Source: Candidatus Bathyarchaeota archaeon (GTDB taxonomy: Archaea > Thermoproteota > Bathyarchaeia > Hecatellales > Hecatellaceae). From it: 64,000 bases of DNA. Made by a program: the position numbers and the translations under genes. Location of the stretch: contig JBQPWD010000003.1 of assembly GCA_052246995.1 (NCBI GenBank), forward strand, positions 32,001 through 96,000. The letters are read 5' to 3'. Positions 21,189 to 30,330 of the stretch are shown here, piece after piece; positions within the stretch are counted from its first letter, which is position 1, and each line of letters opens with the position of its first letter. The notes beneath the pieces are model-generated. The model was not told the DNA's origin and ran no database searches. It worked only from the letters and a program-made list of their open reading frames with translations.

Positions 21189-21857
21189 TTGCCTTTTAAT
21201 CCTGTTGATGAATTCTTTGACATTACCCATGAAGAAGGTGTCTTTCTTGTTAAACTTGCAAGAAATGCTATAACACAATATCTTCAAAGCTCAATTACAA
21301 TTAAACCTCCAAAGAATACCCCTGAAAAGTTAAAAAGAAAGTCCGGTGTTTTTGTAACATTAAACCTTATTGGAAAGGATGGGAGAAAAAATCTTAGAGG
21401 TTGTATAGGTTATCCTGAACCTGTACTTCCGTTAGTAAATGCAACAATCGATTCGGCTATAAATGCTGCTGTTGAAGACCCAAGATTTCCACCCTTAACT
21501 GTTGATGAGTTAGATAAAGTTGTTATTGAAGTAAGTGTTCTTACACCTCTTCAGCTAATCAGGGTTAGCAAACCTGAAGAATATCCCAAAAACATTAATG
21601 TTGGAGTTGACGGACTTGTAGTTGAATATAGATGGAACAAAGGTTTACTTCTTCCTCAAGTTCCAGTTGAGTATGGTTGGGATAGTGAAGAGTTTCTATC
21701 CCATTGTTGTATTAAAGCTGGTTTACCGCCGGATTACTGGCTTTTACCTGAAACAAAAATTTTTAAATTCACATGCATAATTGCGGAAGAATTGGAGCCA
21801 AATGGGCGGATTGTGGTTAAAAACTTGTGGAAAAATTCTGGTATAGCTAAAAACTAG
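21189..21857 (+). CDS. AMMECR1 family protein (AmmeMemoRadiSam protein A)
   Basis: GVFVTL, LRGCIG, DPRFPP, EVSVLTP, LLLPQV, KAGL. Confidence 0.93.
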   Translation: MPFNPVDEFFDITHEEGVFLVKLARNAITQYLQSSITIKPPKNTPEKLKRKSGVFVTLNLIGKDGRKNLRGCIGYPEPVLPLVNATIDSAINAAVEDPRFPPLTVDELDKVVIEVSVLTPLQLIRVSKPEEYPKNINVGVDGLVVEYRWNKGLLLPQVPVEYGWDSEEFLSHCCIKAGLPPDYWLLPETKIFKFTCIIAEELEPNGRIVVKNLWKNSGIAKN

Positions 21858-21859
21858 CT

Positions 21860-22462
21860 TTAAAGCCTATTTTTCCAAAAAAAATAGTCAATTGTTAGGT
21901 ACGACAACAATCCAAGTAGTATTCCCCCCACCAAATCTGTAGGGTAATGAGCATGTAAGGCTAACCTTGTTAGGGATACAAATGTAAGAAGTGTAATTGG
22001 TATAAACTTTTTATTCAATCTTTCATAGAAATACCACATTAAAACTGTGAATCTTGCTGCATGACCTGAAGGATATGAATATTCTTCAACGAAGCTTAAA
22101 ATGTTAGGTAATGTTGAAGTTAACATGCCTCCTTCAGGTCTTTCCACTCTAACTAAAATTTTGAATGCTAAAGTTAAGAATGTCACAAAAATGAACGCTA
22201 AAAGAAGTTTTAATGTTGCCTTACTTACTCTCCTTGTTAATGCTGACTCGTAGATAATCAGACAACCAATTATTGTTAAAGTTACAAGAAAATCTGCTAA
22301 ACTTGTAATTAGAAGCATTAAAGTTAAAGTTAAGCCTTGAAAACTTGGTATTAGCTTGACGATGTTAACCTCAAAGTTATAAAAAATTTTTAGCTTTACA
22401 ACTATAGTTAAACAGAATAGCAAGATTGATAAACCTGTTATGGCTTTCCATTTTGGAAACAA
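21860..22462 (-). CDS. PAP2 family membrane phosphatase
   Basis: K-x6-RP, SYPSGH and R-x5-H-x3-D motifs; hydrophobic. Confidence 0.9.
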   Translation of the reverse strand: MFPKWKAITGLSILLFCLTIVVKLKIFYNFEVNIVKLIPSFQGLTLTLMLLITSLADFLVTLTIIGCLIIYESALTRRVSKATLKLLLAFIFVTFLTLAFKILVRVERPEGGMLTSTLPNILSFVEEYSYPSGHAARFTVLMWYFYERLNKKFIPITLLTFVSLTRLALHAHYPTDLVGGILLGLLSYLTIDYFFWKNRL

Positions 22463-22558
22463 AAATTTAAACTTTTATCACCACTTCAAAACATCTAAAT
22501 AGCTAGTTTATATTTGGTGTAAATTAGAATAAGTCTTACCTTTAAAGGGTAAAAGATT

Positions 22559-23728
22559 TTGAAGGTATATATTGGTGTGTGCGGAATAGGGCTTGGACAT
22601 GTTAGTAGAGTTTTAGAAGTTGCAAGCAGACTTAAGGAAAAAGGATGTAAAATTCTTTTTTCAACCTATCTTGATGGTGCAGAATTGTTAAAAAGCGAAG
22701 AATTTAAACTTACCCTATCCCCACCTTTCTGGTATTGGGTTTGGCCTGATGGAACTGTTGATCCATGGAGGACGTTAAAATGGTTAAGTGGAAAACTTTT
22801 AATAAACTTTTTAAGTCAGTTAAAGTTTGAAATTAAAAAAATTGTAGAATTTAAACCTGATATTGTTTTTTCTGATAGCAGACTTTCACCAGTTTTTGCA
22901 GGAAAACTTTTAGGTTTAAAAGTTTTAACAATGCTAAACCAGTTTAACATAACCTTACCTGGGCTAATTCACTACAAGTTTTTACCACTTCTTGGAAAAA
23001 CTTTTTCCGGCTTAATAGGCCTTGCTTGGAGTTTAAGTGATAAAATTGTTATTCCAGACCTACCCCCGCCATACACGATTTCAGCTTTAAACCTAAACAT
23101 TCCAAAACACTTAAACAGCAAGGTTGAATACGTCGGACCAATCTTGCCAGTTAAGCCTGAAAATCTCCCAACAAGCGACAAAATTAGAGAAATGCTTAAT
23201 TTTGATGCTAAAAAACCTTTAATTTATGCTACGGTAAGCGGCCCAAGATGGGAAAAAATCTGGCTTGGCAGGAAACTTATAAAAATTTTTCAAAACTTTC
23301 CTGAAAAATATCAGGTTGTAGTTTCTCTTGGATTAAAAAACTCAAGTTTTTCAGAGTTTGGCGGTTGTAATAGTGAAAGGGTTAAAGTTTATGGTTGGCT
23401 TAAGGAAAGATTTGAAGTTTTAAAGGCATGTGACCTTATTGTTTGTAGAGCAGGTCATACAACAGTTCTTCAAGCTTTAAGTTATGGTAAACCCATGATT
23501 CTTTTACCTGCCCCTGAACAGTCAGAGCAGATTTATAATGCAAGAATTGCTTTAAAGCTTGGTATAGCAAAAATCCTCGACCAAAAATTTCTTAGTAAGG
23601 AAACTCTTTTATCTGCTGTTGATGAAATAGTTGCGGATGGTAGATACTTAAGAAGAGTTAAAAGGTTGATGCAGCTTGCTTTAAAGTTTGATGCTGTTGA
23701 AAAGATTGTCGACATGCTCATGAGGTAA
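22559..23728 (+). CDS. GT28 (MurG/MJ1255-like) glycosyltransferase
   Basis: GIGLGHVSR, VGP, CRAGHTT, QSEQIYNA. Confidence 0.88.
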   Translation: MKVYIGVCGIGLGHVSRVLEVASRLKEKGCKILFSTYLDGAELLKSEEFKLTLSPPFWYWVWPDGTVDPWRTLKWLSGKLLINFLSQLKFEIKKIVEFKPDIVFSDSRLSPVFAGKLLGLKVLTMLNQFNITLPGLIHYKFLPLLGKTFSGLIGLAWSLSDKIVIPDLPPPYTISALNLNIPKHLNSKVEYVGPILPVKPENLPTSDKIREMLNFDAKKPLIYATVSGPRWEKIWLGRKLIKIFQNFPEKYQVVVSLGLKNSSFSEFGGCNSERVKVYGWLKERFEVLKACDLIVCRAGHTTVLQALSYGKPMILLPAPEQSEQIYNARIALKLGIAKILDQKFLSKETLLSAVDEIVADGRYLRRVKRLMQLALKFDAVEKIVDMLMR

Positions 23729-23744
23729 AATCAGATTTTTCTGG

Positions 23745-24116
23745 TTAATTCTCACAGTGTTCCTGCTTCATCCTTAATTTTTCATGTTTTGGGCATAAAT
23801 GAATACATTCAAGATTAACACTTTTTTGGCATGCCAACATGCCATTTTCAAATTTTGGTTTATAATTTTCACATTCATCCCAAGGTTCAACAATACCTTT
23901 ACCATAAAAACATACTCTTTTACGTAAAACTTCGCTAAGCCTTAAAGGTTTTATTGTTTCCCAATCCCAAGCTTCAATTTTGATGACTGTTTCTCTAAAA
24001 ACAACCTCTACAAACTCGTTTTTTAAAGGTTTTTTCCTCACATCAATAGGCACCTTTTTTGACGCAAAATCCCAGTAAAAGCAGGAAAAACAGCATTTAA
24101 CCATTTTTACCATCAA
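23745..24116 (-). CDS. Hypothetical cysteine-rich protein
   Basis: 123-aa ORF with CCxxC and further Cys; no family recognised. Confidence 0.55.
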   Translation of the reverse strand: MMVKMVKCCFSCFYWDFASKKVPIDVRKKPLKNEFVEVVFRETVIKIEAWDWETIKPLRLSEVLRKRVCFYGKGIVEPWDECENYKPKFENGMLACQKSVNLECIHLCPKHEKLRMKQEHCEN

Positions 24117-24291
24117 AAAGTAGTAAGTGTAAGCTACAATTATAGGTTCATCACCTTATATTTTAAGCATTTTAAGTTTTTCTGGTTAGTAAATCCAGGT
24201 TTTTCTCTAGCAAATAAAGCATTAACCCTCCAGCGAAGCTTAAAAAAGCCATAATAGAGATTTTTAGAAAACATCGAAAGATTTCTGTTGT

Positions 24292-25461
24292 TTAAACCTT
24301 GCATGATTTAACATTTTTAACAAGATTATCAATAACTTCTTCCACATAATTTTCTTCTACAATTTTTTTTAGTATTTTAACATCTAACTTTTCAATATTT
24401 TGTGGTAAAGTAAACTCAAAGAATTCTTTTTTAACTTCTCTTTCAAATCCTAACTCTTTAATCAGTTTATCTAGCTCTTCACGGGTTAAACCTATGGTTG
24501 GATGAAAAAGTGGCAAGTCTGAAAAATTTTCGAGAATTGTTAAAAATTTTAAGACTTGGATTGGATTGTTTTGTAAATTAAATCCGGTAACAATTCCTAA
24601 ACTATTTTTAACTCTTGCAAATTTACACATAAACTTTATAGCAAGAATTTGCTGTAAAAGCATTTTTAACTCTAAATCCAAGTTTTCAGGTATAGCTTTG
24701 TAAACCATGTTGAAGGGCGCGATAAAAACTCTAAAATTTTTGTATGGAATAAATTCTCTTAGAACATTTATAAATGGAATTTCTTTGCAAAGATTTTCCT
24801 CGTTGGTGTTAAGGTATACTGGTATAGGTGAAACGCCTCTCTTCATCATAAGCCATATTGCTAATGCGTGGTGAGGATTTTTTCCAAGAAAAGTTACAAG
24901 TTTACCTTGGCTGCCAACTGGAAGTCCACCATAACCCTTAAAAATTTTCCAGTAGATATAGCTAAAATCCCCCCTAACTTCAATAAAAAATGTTTTATCA
25001 GATTTTTCTAAGTCAACTTTAACGTTTTTTTCCTTACCAAGTTTTTCAAGTATTTCAGCACCAACTAATTTTTCAATATCCTTACTTGTGTAGGGATGCT
25101 CTCCAACTCTTCTAGCTTTAACAGCAAAGCTTTCGTTAAAGCTTAAAACATTTGAAGCAACACTTAAAGCTAAACCTACAATATCCTTAATGTTTACAGA
25201 TGTTTTAAATACTGGCGCTGTAAAATCTACACCAAAAATTTTAGCTAAAACTTTGCAGGCATCTTCAGCTTTAGCATCCTCAACAAATATTCTTCCACCT
25301 TCCTTGGTAACCTTACCAAAACTTAACCCTGACATTTTAAGCTTATTTTTAACATGGTTTATCAAGATTTTTTCAAGATTTCTTCTAACAATGCTGCTTT
25401 TAAGTAAAATCTCAGAGTAGGATACAAGAATTGTTGAAGTTTCACCTGAAGAACTTGGCAA
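24292..25461 (-). CDS. THUMP-domain ThiI-like protein with degenerate PP-loop
   Basis: YSEILLKS…R, THUMP (SFAVKARR…VDL), GGLPVGSQGK…WLMMKRG, but no SGGxDS. Confidence 0.8.
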   Translation of the reverse strand: MPSSSGETSTILVSYSEILLKSSIVRRNLEKILINHVKNKLKMSGLSFGKVTKEGGRIFVEDAKAEDACKVLAKIFGVDFTAPVFKTSVNIKDIVGLALSVASNVLSFNESFAVKARRVGEHPYTSKDIEKLVGAEILEKLGKEKNVKVDLEKSDKTFFIEVRGDFSYIYWKIFKGYGGLPVGSQGKLVTFLGKNPHHALAIWLMMKRGVSPIPVYLNTNEENLCKEIPFINVLREFIPYKNFRVFIAPFNMVYKAIPENLDLELKMLLQQILAIKFMCKFARVKNSLGIVTGFNLQNNPIQVLKFLTILENFSDLPLFHPTIGLTREELDKLIKELGFEREVKKEFFEFTLPQNIEKLDVKILKKIVEENYVEEVIDNLVKNVKSCKV

Positions 25462-25575
25462 TTATTTTTGGCACCATTAGAGTTCTAGCTTAAAATCTAA
25501 TGTAAACTCCCTACATTTAAGCCTATTTAGAAAAATAGAAATAACCTATATAGCAGAGTATTGTATCCTACCTTA

Positions 25576-25634
25576 TGTTGATGAAGAAACCTGACAAGCC
25601 TGATTAAATGAGGAGTCAGAGTTAATCTGAAACA
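25576..25634 (+). ncRNA. Box C/D 2'-O-methylation guide sRNA
   Basis: C TTGATGA 25578-84; D' CTGA 25600-03; C' ATGAGGA 25608-14; D CTGA 25627-30; terminal TGTT/AACA; 15- and 12-nt guides. Confidence 0.8.
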
Positions 25635-26278
25635 ATCTTCTTAAGAATATTTTCAATGTTTTTTGCAACTTCCTCTATTTCTTTGTTACCGTCAACGTTT
25701 TTCAGCAAACCCTTTGTTTCATAATAATCTATTAAAGGTTTTGTTTGTTTTCTGTAAACCTCCAACCTATTTCTTATGCTTTCCTCTTTATCATCGTCTC
25801 TCTGGTAAAGTTCTCCGCCGCATTTATCACATCTTCCCGGAAACTTTGGAGGGTTGAATGTTAAATGATAAATTGCACCGCAAGTCTTGCAAACTCTTCT
25901 ATTTGAAAGTCTCCTAATAATCTCTCCTTCGTCAACTTCGAGATTTAAAACAACATCAATTTTACTGTTAATTTCCTTAAGAAACTTATCTAAAGCTTTA
26001 GCTTGAATTAATGTTCTTGGAAAACCATCAAGCAAAAAATTTTTTCCACCAATTTCAGCAAGCTTCTCATTAATAATGCCTATCACAACCTCATCGGGTA
26101 CAAGCTCACCTTTAACCATGTATTCCTTAGCTTTTCTACCAAGCTCGGTTTGCCTAGCTACAGCTTCCCTAAGAATATCTCCAGTAGCTATATGTACAAC
26201 ATTAAACTTTTTAACAATTTTCTCAGCTTGAGTACCTTTACCAGCACCAGGAGGACCAAAAATTATGACATTCATCAC
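25622..26278 (-). CDS. adk: Adenylate kinase (bacterial-type, Zn lid)
   Basis: GPPGAGKGTQA, GELVPD, LDGFPR, CxxC…CxxC lid, QRDDD. Confidence 0.96.
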   Translation of the reverse strand: MMNVIIFGPPGAGKGTQAEKIVKKFNVVHIATGDILREAVARQTELGRKAKEYMVKGELVPDEVVIGIINEKLAEIGGKNFLLDGFPRTLIQAKALDKFLKEINSKIDVVLNLEVDEGEIIRRLSNRRVCKTCGAIYHLTFNPPKFPGRCDKCGGELYQRDDDKEESIRNRLEVYRKQTKPLIDYYETKGLLKNVDGNKEIEEVAKNIENILKKIVSD

Positions 26279-26348
26279 TAGCTTTTACATACTTAAGATG
26301 TTATCTTTAAAACTTTTGCTTAAAATAAGCTTGGCACTTAACTTTTTC

Positions 26349-26402
26349 TCAGACCTTTCAAGCATCATCATCCAAGTTTGTCAGAATAGCCAAACTCCTC
26401 AT
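26349..26402 (-). ncRNA. Box C/D 2'-O-methylation guide sRNA
   Basis: Minus strand reads ATGAGGA-gtttggctatt-CTGA-caaacttgg-ATGATGA-tgcttgaaaggt-CTGA, with canonical 11-12-nt guides. Confidence 0.78.
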
Positions 26403-26511
26403 AACAAGTAAATAAAATATCTACAATTCAATATTAAGTTTAACACCTGATAGTAAATTAAAATTAAGCTTCAACAAACCATAAATTTCTGGAAAACATT
26501 TAACATACTGA

Positions 26512-26599
26512 GCGGCGGTGACCGAGCCAGGTCAAAGGTGGAGGACTCAAGATCCTCTCCCGTAGGGGTTCGCAGGTTCAAATCCTGCCCGCCGCACCA
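26512..26599 (+). tRNA. tRNA-Leu(CAA)
   Basis: GCGGCGG/CCGCCGC acceptor stem, CT-CAA-GA loop, long variable arm, GGTTCAAATCC, encoded CCA. Confidence 0.96.
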
Positions 26600-27282
26600 A
26601 AAAAGCCAATTTAACATAATTCTCCAAAAGAAGCCTTAAACGAGCCCCGGTTGTAACAATCCTTTAAGCTAACATGAAAAGGTTAACATTAACAAAAAAT
26701 ACCAGTAGTTTAGGCTTAGTAAACTGGCAACAATGTTTCCATTAATGATTTTTAATGTAATTCTACGAGGAGGGAGCTCTCAATGTTTAAATGTTGAAAC
26801 ATGCTTAAATTTTTGAATTTTTACAAAGCTAATACCCAACTACTCATCGTATTTTCATAGATCCGTGTTTTCTCCAAACTCCTAAATTTTAACCAATCTT
26901 GCAGTTTTAGATTGTTTGGTGTTTCGGTGTCAAATAATCAAAGATTTTTATTTTTACAAGCTTTACCCATTTCTTAAGAATTCTTAATTTCTTAACCCTG
27001 AGTTTTCAAATTTTTGGGTTTATATGGTATGATTATGGTAGATGTTTTCACCGGGGTGGTGCGTAAACAACCTAAAACTTTCTCAATGTAGGTAAAATTT
27101 ACACCGTTAAAAAGCCTATAAAACTCTTTGGGGATGTGGACAGGAAACACAAGGGTCAAGGTTTTGCCTTAAATGTTGGAAAGAGATGAGTGGTGGTAAA
27201 ACTTACTTGAAAGTTTAGAAGCATCTCTTTTATGAATATTTTTTAAATAGATGAGTATAACTCTGTTTTTGTAGGTGTAAGT

Positions 27283-27735
27283 ATGAGGGTTGCTGTTGGT
27301 TCAGATGACCTTTATGATGTTGCAAGATTTATTGTAGAGGAGTTTGAGAGGAAGGGTTTTAAGGTTGTGAAGGTTGGGGCTCTTAAAACTGGCAGTCTTT
27401 ACCCGTGGCCCAGCGTCGGTTTTGAAGTTGGAAAACTAGTAGCTAACGGTGAAGTTGATTTTGGAGTTGTTGTTTGTTACACCGGAACCGGTGTAGCCAT
27501 TGCTGCTAATAAAGTTAAGGGTGTGAGAGCTGCTCTTTGTGTAGATGCAGAGACAGCTAAAGGAGCTAGAAAATGGAATGATGCAAACGTGCTTGCTATA
27601 AGTGCTAGGCTTGTAACCACTATACTAGCTAGGGAAATAATTGAAGCATGGTTAGAAACTAGGGAGATAGATAGTGGAGAGGTTGATAACATAAAAATGG
27701 TTAAAAGGTATGAAGCTGGTAAATTAGACTTTTAA
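27283..27735 (+). CDS. rpiB: RpiB/LacA/LacB family sugar-phosphate isomerase
   Basis: VGSD, CYTGTGVAIAANKVKGVRAA, ARKWNDANVL. Confidence 0.88.
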   Translation: MRVAVGSDDLYDVARFIVEEFERKGFKVVKVGALKTGSLYPWPSVGFEVGKLVANGEVDFGVVVCYTGTGVAIAANKVKGVRAALCVDAETAKGARKWNDANVLAISARLVTTILAREIIEAWLETREIDSGEVDNIKMVKRYEAGKLDF

Positions 27736-28151
27736 ATGTACCCTGCATCCTCCAATGCCTTTCTTGTTGTTGATACAAGTTGAAGTTTTTTAGCTTCCTC
27801 AGGATTGAACCATCTTACATCTAAAACCTCATGGTTTGGTTTTAGTTTTTCCTCCTCACTCTTACACTCACAAACAAAACATATAATAGCATAGTGTCTC
27901 TCAATTTCCCCTGAAACCTCATTTTTAATCATTAGATTATAAACCCCAAGAAGCTTTTTAATTTCGATATTTAAACCTGTTTCCTCTTTAATCTCCCTTA
28001 TAGCTGTTTCTTCCACGGTTTCTCCGTGTTCAACTATTCCTCCAGGTAAAGCCCACCAGCCTGGATGAGGTTGAAATCTTCTTTTAACAAGCAAAATTTT
28101 CCCGTTTTTCTCAATTAAGGCAGAAGATGCAACAATAGGCCTTTTCTTCAA
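27732..28151 (-). CDS. NUDIX hydrolase (ADP-ribose pyrophosphatase-like)
   Basis: Nudix box GGIVEHGETVEETAIREIKEETG. Confidence 0.92.
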   Translation of the reverse strand: MKKRPIVASSALIEKNGKILLVKRRFQPHPGWWALPGGIVEHGETVEETAIREIKEETGLNIEIKKLLGVYNLMIKNEVSGEIERHYAIICFVCECKSEEEKLKPNHEVLDVRWFNPEEAKKLQLVSTTRKALEDAGYI

Positions 28152-28159
28152 AACAAACC

Positions 28160-29245
28160 TTACCCCTCTAAATTATGTATAGGAAAAATTCTTCTTTTTA
28201 ATTCTTCAACTACTCTCTTAACAACAACAAATTTTTTCTCATCTTTCATAGGTTTAAAAGTGTCTGTAAGTTCAATATAATCTTCTTTTCTAACTTCAAC
28301 CTCACTTATAGTTATAAACATTAAAGCCCAGCATCTAGCAGTGTTTTTAATGTTATACCCTCCGCCACCAACCACAATCAGCCTACCCCCTGAAAATTGA
28401 TGAGCCAAATTATGAAGACTTTTAGCAATATCAACATATGTTCTTGTTGTTAAAGTTAAACCTACAAGCGGGTCTTGGTAGTGTCCATCAACACCAAACT
28501 GGGTTATAATTCCCTCAGGCTTGTAGGCTCTAATTAAAGGCTCCACAACCTCTCTAAGACAGTAAAGATATGCTTCATCATCAACTCCTACAGGTAGCGG
28601 TATGTTTACATTATAACCATAACCTTCCCCAACCCCTACTTCATCAATTCTACCTGTTCCAGGGTAGAATATTCCATCGTATCTATGGGTTGAAATTTTA
28701 AGAATAGGTTCACTGTAGAGTATTTGTTGTGTTCCATCAGCATGATGACCGTCAACATCAATTATTGCAATTCTTTTAACATTAAACTTTTTCTGTAAAA
28801 CTTTAACAGCTACAGCAATATCATTAAAAACACAAAAACCAGCTGCAGAATTTTCTTTTGCATGGTGTAATCCCCCACCAGGGTTGAATGCATGAGAAAC
28901 TTCTTCACTCATAACTAACTCAGCAGCTTTAATTGTTCCTCCTACCCTCCAACATGCTCCCTCAAAAACACCCCTTCTTGCAGGCGTATCTCCATAATCA
29001 AGGTAGCCTAAACTTATATCACACCTTCTTTTTACATACTCAATGTAGGTTTTTGTATGAACTAATTGTAACTCTTCATTGGAAGCTGGCCTAGCTTCAA
29101 AAATCTTAGCTTTACCGTTAAACACGTTCAACCGCTTAAGAATTTCTAGGGTAAGTTTCTCTCTTATCGGCTGGAAGGGATGTTCCTCGCCGAAAAAGTA
29201 TTTTTCATATTCTTGATGATAAACGAATCCTGTAAGATTACCCAT
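28160..29245 (-). CDS. acuC: Histone deacetylase family protein, AcuC-like
   Basis: HPF-P-R, GGLHHA, GFCVFND, DVDGHHADG, GVDGHYQDPL, GGGGY. Confidence 0.9.
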   Translation of the reverse strand: MGNLTGFVYHQEYEKYFFGEEHPFQPIREKLTLEILKRLNVFNGKAKIFEARPASNEELQLVHTKTYIEYVKRRCDISLGYLDYGDTPARRGVFEGACWRVGGTIKAAELVMSEEVSHAFNPGGGLHHAKENSAAGFCVFNDIAVAVKVLQKKFNVKRIAIIDVDGHHADGTQQILYSEPILKISTHRYDGIFYPGTGRIDEVGVGEGYGYNVNIPLPVGVDDEAYLYCLREVVEPLIRAYKPEGIITQFGVDGHYQDPLVGLTLTTRTYVDIAKSLHNLAHQFSGGRLIVVGGGGYNIKNTARCWALMFITISEVEVRKEDYIELTDTFKPMKDEKKFVVVKRVVEELKRRIFPIHNLEG

Positions 29246-29248
29246 AAA

Positions 29249-30100
29249 TTACACCTCAATTTCAGCTAAAATTTTAATAAGCTTAGGAAAGACAGTTTTT
29301 GCAAACCTTTTACTTGAACCTCCGCAAAGAACAACAATAAGCTTCCCGCTACAAACTTCGTCAGTGATGTTTTTAACTTTTTTAGTTAAATCTAAAAAAC
29401 ACTTCTCAGTTAACCCTCTTGAACCATAATCTTCCTTATATGTATCATAACCAAAGTGCCAAAAAACCATGTCTGGTTTAAAGCTTCTTAATCTTTGAAA
29501 ATAGTTTTCTTCAACAAGCTTAATATAATCTTCGTCAGAAATGGTTGATGGAACTGGGATATCAATCTTCAATTCATCGGTTGAAGGCTCATCTAGATTG
29601 CAGAAACAAACATGCTGAACATTGTTGTCAAATTTGAAAATGTCTCTTGTTCCATCTCCATGGTGACTATCCGTATCTAAAATTGAAAATTTGAGGTTGG
29701 AGTTAAATTTTAACCTTAAATTTGAAATTGAAAGTGCAACATCATTAAAATAGCAGAAACCCCAAAAATCGTCAACACCCGCATGATGTCCAGCTGTACC
29801 TGTAAAAACAAATGCATTGTCAATTTCACCTAAAAAAACTCTTTCACCAGCCAAAATGACCCCGCCTGCTGAAAGAAGCGCCGCTTTATGATATTTCGTT
29901 TTTTTAACCGCACAAATTAGTCTTTCAGAATGAACTGTCCTAAGAAGTTCTTCTGATGGTTGTGTAGGCTTAAAAATTAGAATTTTCTCTAACAACCCAT
30001 CCTCGTTTAAACCTTCAATTCCTGCTTTAACTCTATCTTTAAGGACGGGGTAACCTTCCAAACCTAAAATTTCATCATAAAAAACTCCTACTCTTTTCAA
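29249..30100 (-). CDS. Histone deacetylase family protein, short and divergent
   Basis: GHHAG, GFCYFND, DTDSHHGDGT, GYDTYKED; GGSS in place of GGGY. Confidence 0.85.
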   Translation of the reverse strand: MKRVGVFYDEILGLEGYPVLKDRVKAGIEGLNEDGLLEKILIFKPTQPSEELLRTVHSERLICAVKKTKYHKAALLSAGGVILAGERVFLGEIDNAFVFTGTAGHHAGVDDFWGFCYFNDVALSISNLRLKFNSNLKFSILDTDSHHGDGTRDIFKFDNNVQHVCFCNLDEPSTDELKIDIPVPSTISDEDYIKLVEENYFQRLRSFKPDMVFWHFGYDTYKEDYGSRGLTEKCFLDLTKKVKNITDEVCSGKLIVVLCGGSSKRFAKTVFPKLIKILAEIEV

Positions 30101-30330
30101 TCTTCATCAAACCTGCAACCATTAATAAATTTGCTAGTAAAAATTAAAAACATTTTAAAAGAAGTTGCCTCCTACACTTTAAACTTTAAATCCTACCTAT
30201 CATAGTCAACATTAACAGATAAAAAAATATAAAATACTTTCTCCTTTATTTCTCTTCCTTCTTTAGAGACACATTAAAACTAATTAATGTGGATAACATC
30301 TTAAGTTTAGTTTAACTCTCTATTGGAGAG

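Noticed and set aside
21189-21857. Complete AmmeMemoRadiSam system
   Set aside because: Only the AMMECR1 protein is present; no Memo protein, and the radical SAM at 11.5-12.5 kb is a different (SPASM) type.
26512-27280. Integrated virus or plasmid at tRNA-Leu
   Set aside because: No integrase and no duplicated tRNA 3' end seen; housekeeping-type genes resume at 27283.
30120-30330. Possible gene relic on the minus strand (…SKEGREIKEKVFYIF…)
   Set aside because: Multiple stops and no recognisable family; cannot be supported.
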